The notes beneath the pieces were generated by a model, which worked only from the letters and a program-made list of their open reading frames with translations, was not told the origin of the DNA and did no database searches. A stretch of DNA of 64,000 nt from Lepidodermella squamata (Eukaryota > Animalia > Gastrotricha), in contig JBLDXI010000032.1 in assembly GCA_047495785.1 (NCBI GenBank), forward strand, positions 992,001-1,056,000. The letters run 5' to 3'. Shown one piece after another: positions 61,226 through 64,000 of this stretch; positions within the stretch are counted from its first letter, which is position 1; each line of letters starts with the position of its first letter. The position numbers and the translations under genes were made by a program.

Positions 61226-64000
61226 TTAATCACTGTCAGAAGCAGACGAAGCCGCTTGATCCTGCTCCATCGGCTCCTCGCCACCGGATCCTTCGGCGTC
61301 AGACTTGGCCGGTTCATCGCCCGTATCAGGCCGACCCTCCGCCTCTTCCTGTTCCTCGTCATCGCTGTCTTGAATAATTCTCCGCTTCGCCTTGGTCGGA
61401 GTGTCCTTTTCAGGCTTCTTCCCGCTCTCTGACCCGGACGACGCAGCTTCTTCCTCCTGGTCAGAATCAGCCTTTTTATCGTCGTTATCCTCAGCCCCCG
61501 AGCTGGAACTTGAGCTGGTATCGCCGATGAACTCCGGCAGAACGACTCGCCGCTTCTTCGACGCAGAAAGCCCAGCCATACCGGCACTCTTGCGACGCCG
61601 GCTCGACCCGTCACCCTCACCGTCATCGATGAAATCTTCATCCTTCTCCTTAGCCGACCGAGACTTGCGCTTGTTCTCGCCCTTCGACTTGCGCCGCTCC
61701 TTCCGCTCCCGCGGGGTCCGAGGCTCGCCATCTTCCGCGTCGGACAAGTCGCGTTTCCCGCGCCGATCGCCTTCACTTTTAACCGCAGCCGCCGTTTGAG
61801 CCAGGGCAATTCGAAGCTGCTCAGCCTTGGCCAACTCTTGCAAGCGCTGATCTTCACGCCGCTTGGTCAATTCCTCCTGGCGCCGCTGTGCCTCCTCCTC
61901 CTCCTGCTTCATCTTCGCCTTCATCGCCGCTTTTTCAGCCTCCTGCCGCCGTTTAATCTCACGCTCCTGCTCGTCGAGTTTCTTCGCGCGGGAAACGTGG
62001 TACTGCGCCTGGCTGAGAACATCCGAACACTGCCTCGCCTCTCGCGCCGCCTGCTCGACATTCATCTTCGTCTTATCGCCATGCTCAGCGAGATACGTGA
62101 AGTTCTTCTGCGCAGTTTTCAAGTCATTCACCGCCATTTGGACGATTTTCAGCGTCGATTTTTCGTCCCTCAACGAATGAGTGGCTAACCGCAGTAAGAC
62201 CAGGCATAAATTGTAGAGGATAACCTTGTCGGAGGGGCAGACGTGACGCGCACGGACGATAACGCGCCGGCAGTCGTTCAACTTATCGGCCTTGTAATAG
62301 GCACGGGCGAGGTTCATCAGCGCGTCTGTATCGTGTTCGCGGCCGAATTTTTTCATGCAGTTTTCGTACATTTGAATGGCGGCAATGTACTGCTTCTGTT
62401 CGACGTAGATGTGGGCGATGTTCATCCAGACGTCGCAGAAATCGGCGGTGGATTCGCGGACTTGGGCGAAAATGTCGCGAGCTTCGGCGATGTGGCCTTT
62501 GAAAGCGAGCAGACACCCGACGCCGTTGGTCGCCCAAATGTTGGCAGGGTCAACTTTGAGCACGTGTTTGAACATGGCCAGAGCTCTAAAAATATAAATA
62601 AAATAAAATGATTATCTAAATCTAATCGAGGTGGGTCACTAATAGGCTACTTTTTCAACATTTACGGTAATGGCGTTTGAAAATTGAAGTCCTCAGAATT
62701 TTCATTGATACAGACATTGATTTCTCTTTAAATTATCGAAAATTTTGACAAAATCGGATCATTTGATTTTCCACTTTATAAATTTTTTAATAATTTTTGA
62801 AAAAATGAATTTACCTTTCGTAATGCTTGTCCTGCTTTGATTTGTCTTTCGTAGGCTGATACAGCGTCTCAAGCCACATGTTTCCGAGCGCAACGAGGGC
62901 ATACGTATCATCCTTGTGCTTCTCAAGAATCCGCTCGAATTTTTTCTGAGCCAAGCCGAATTCTTTCTTGGACAAATGAATATTGCCGATTAGAGACCAC
63001 GCCTCAGGATTATCTTGATCAACACGGAAGGCTTCTTTGTAGTAGTCGAGAGCTTCGTGGACTTGACCACGGTCACGAGCCATGCAACCGAGCCGCAGAA
63101 AGCAGTCGATATAGCCACTCTGCTCGGACAAAAGTTGGCGATAAATTCGCTCGGCAACAACATCATCGTGCAAGGCCTCGTGGACTCTAGCTAAATTGTA
63201 CCGAATCGAAATCGACATCCCAGCATAGTAATTTCGGTCATGCTCGACCTCGGCCCGGCACCTATCCAACGCAGTTTGATACATTTCCTTCGCAACTTTC
63301 ATATTTCCAAGGCGGAAATTTAAAGAGGCGATGTTGTTCAAAATTTCAGGTGGCAAATCAGGAGACACGTTTTCTTTCAACAATTTCGACGCCTCTTCAT
63401 AGGCGTGGAGTGACGCTTGCAAATCTTGATCCTCCAAAATTTGAGCCAACTCAATCCAAGCTTCAATATCATCAGGCTGCTGCTTCGTTACGGCTTCAAG
63501 CAGCGTTTTCGCCTGTTGCCGTTTCTCAAGCGATGGCGAGTTTGAGTACAGTGAACCGAGAATTTTCATCGATTCGTAATTTTGCGGCATAGCTTTTAGC
63601 ACTTTTTCAAAACAAGTCGCCGCATTTTCTTTATCACCGCGATGAATATACATCTGCCCCAGGCCGAAATACGGTATCACAAATGAAGCGGGGGCGAATT
63701 GGGTCGATTGATAGTAGTACTGAAAGGCTTGATCATAGTCACCTTGAACGTGGAAAGCCCTCGCGAGCTGGTAGCAACTCTCAGCTCGCATGCCTTCATT
63801 CTCGGTATTGTGAAAAGCGTAAATAGCCAGATTATGGACCTTGGCGTAGTCCTTCTTATAGAATAGGTGATTTGACAGTAGATTCAGCACCATCGGGTTG
63901 TTGAAATCGATTGCATAGGCGCGACTCAGCAATTGAACAGCCGTTCGGACAGAGTCAACGTCCTTCTTATTAAGGTGGCACAGAGCCAACCCAACAAAAG
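61226..64000 (-). CDS. CTR9: PAF1 complex subunit CTR9, 3' portion; exons >64000-62815 and 62585-61226
   Basis: TPR array with [70 protein letters not shown]; acidic tail; runs off the window. Confidence 0.98.

Overview
Gene-dense animal (metazoan) nuclear DNA with mostly ~50-nt GT-AG introns; CFAP91 implies motile cilia, but the species cannot be named from this window. About 22 protein-coding loci can be read by hand. Recognisable ones are a divergent H2B/H2A(.X-like) pair, RPL10, EPG5, MIF, Lgl, a ZnT2-type zinc transporter, GTF2H1 (TFIIH p62), a DUF4807 protein, LIN54, ATPAF2, TMF1, CFAP91, a PLAT+ankyrin protein and the 3' part of CTR9. There are also several orphans, a frameshifted GPCR and a frameshifted CYP2-clan gene. 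The few long introns and intergenic gaps hold transposon debris: foldback MITEs, an RLE non-LTR 3' end, a Gypsy-type integrase fragment, a CR1 RT fragment, a hAT end and two RAG1/Transib-like transposase fragments. The best leads are: (1) operon-like chains of co-oriented genes with 73-463 bp spacers and unpaired splice acceptors, suggesting SL trans-splicing; (2) an identical 42-nt histone 3' element with a non-purine-rich downstream element plus AATAAA; (3) a dispersed TTAAGGNGGA / TTTCATTAAGGYGGAYTTTTT motif; (4) an unannotated 89-aa secreted CX3C-CX3C peptide gene; (5) a decayed multi-ORF RING-containing cassette inside GTF2H1 intron 3. All exon models are manual and all family calls come from motif recognition, not database searches.
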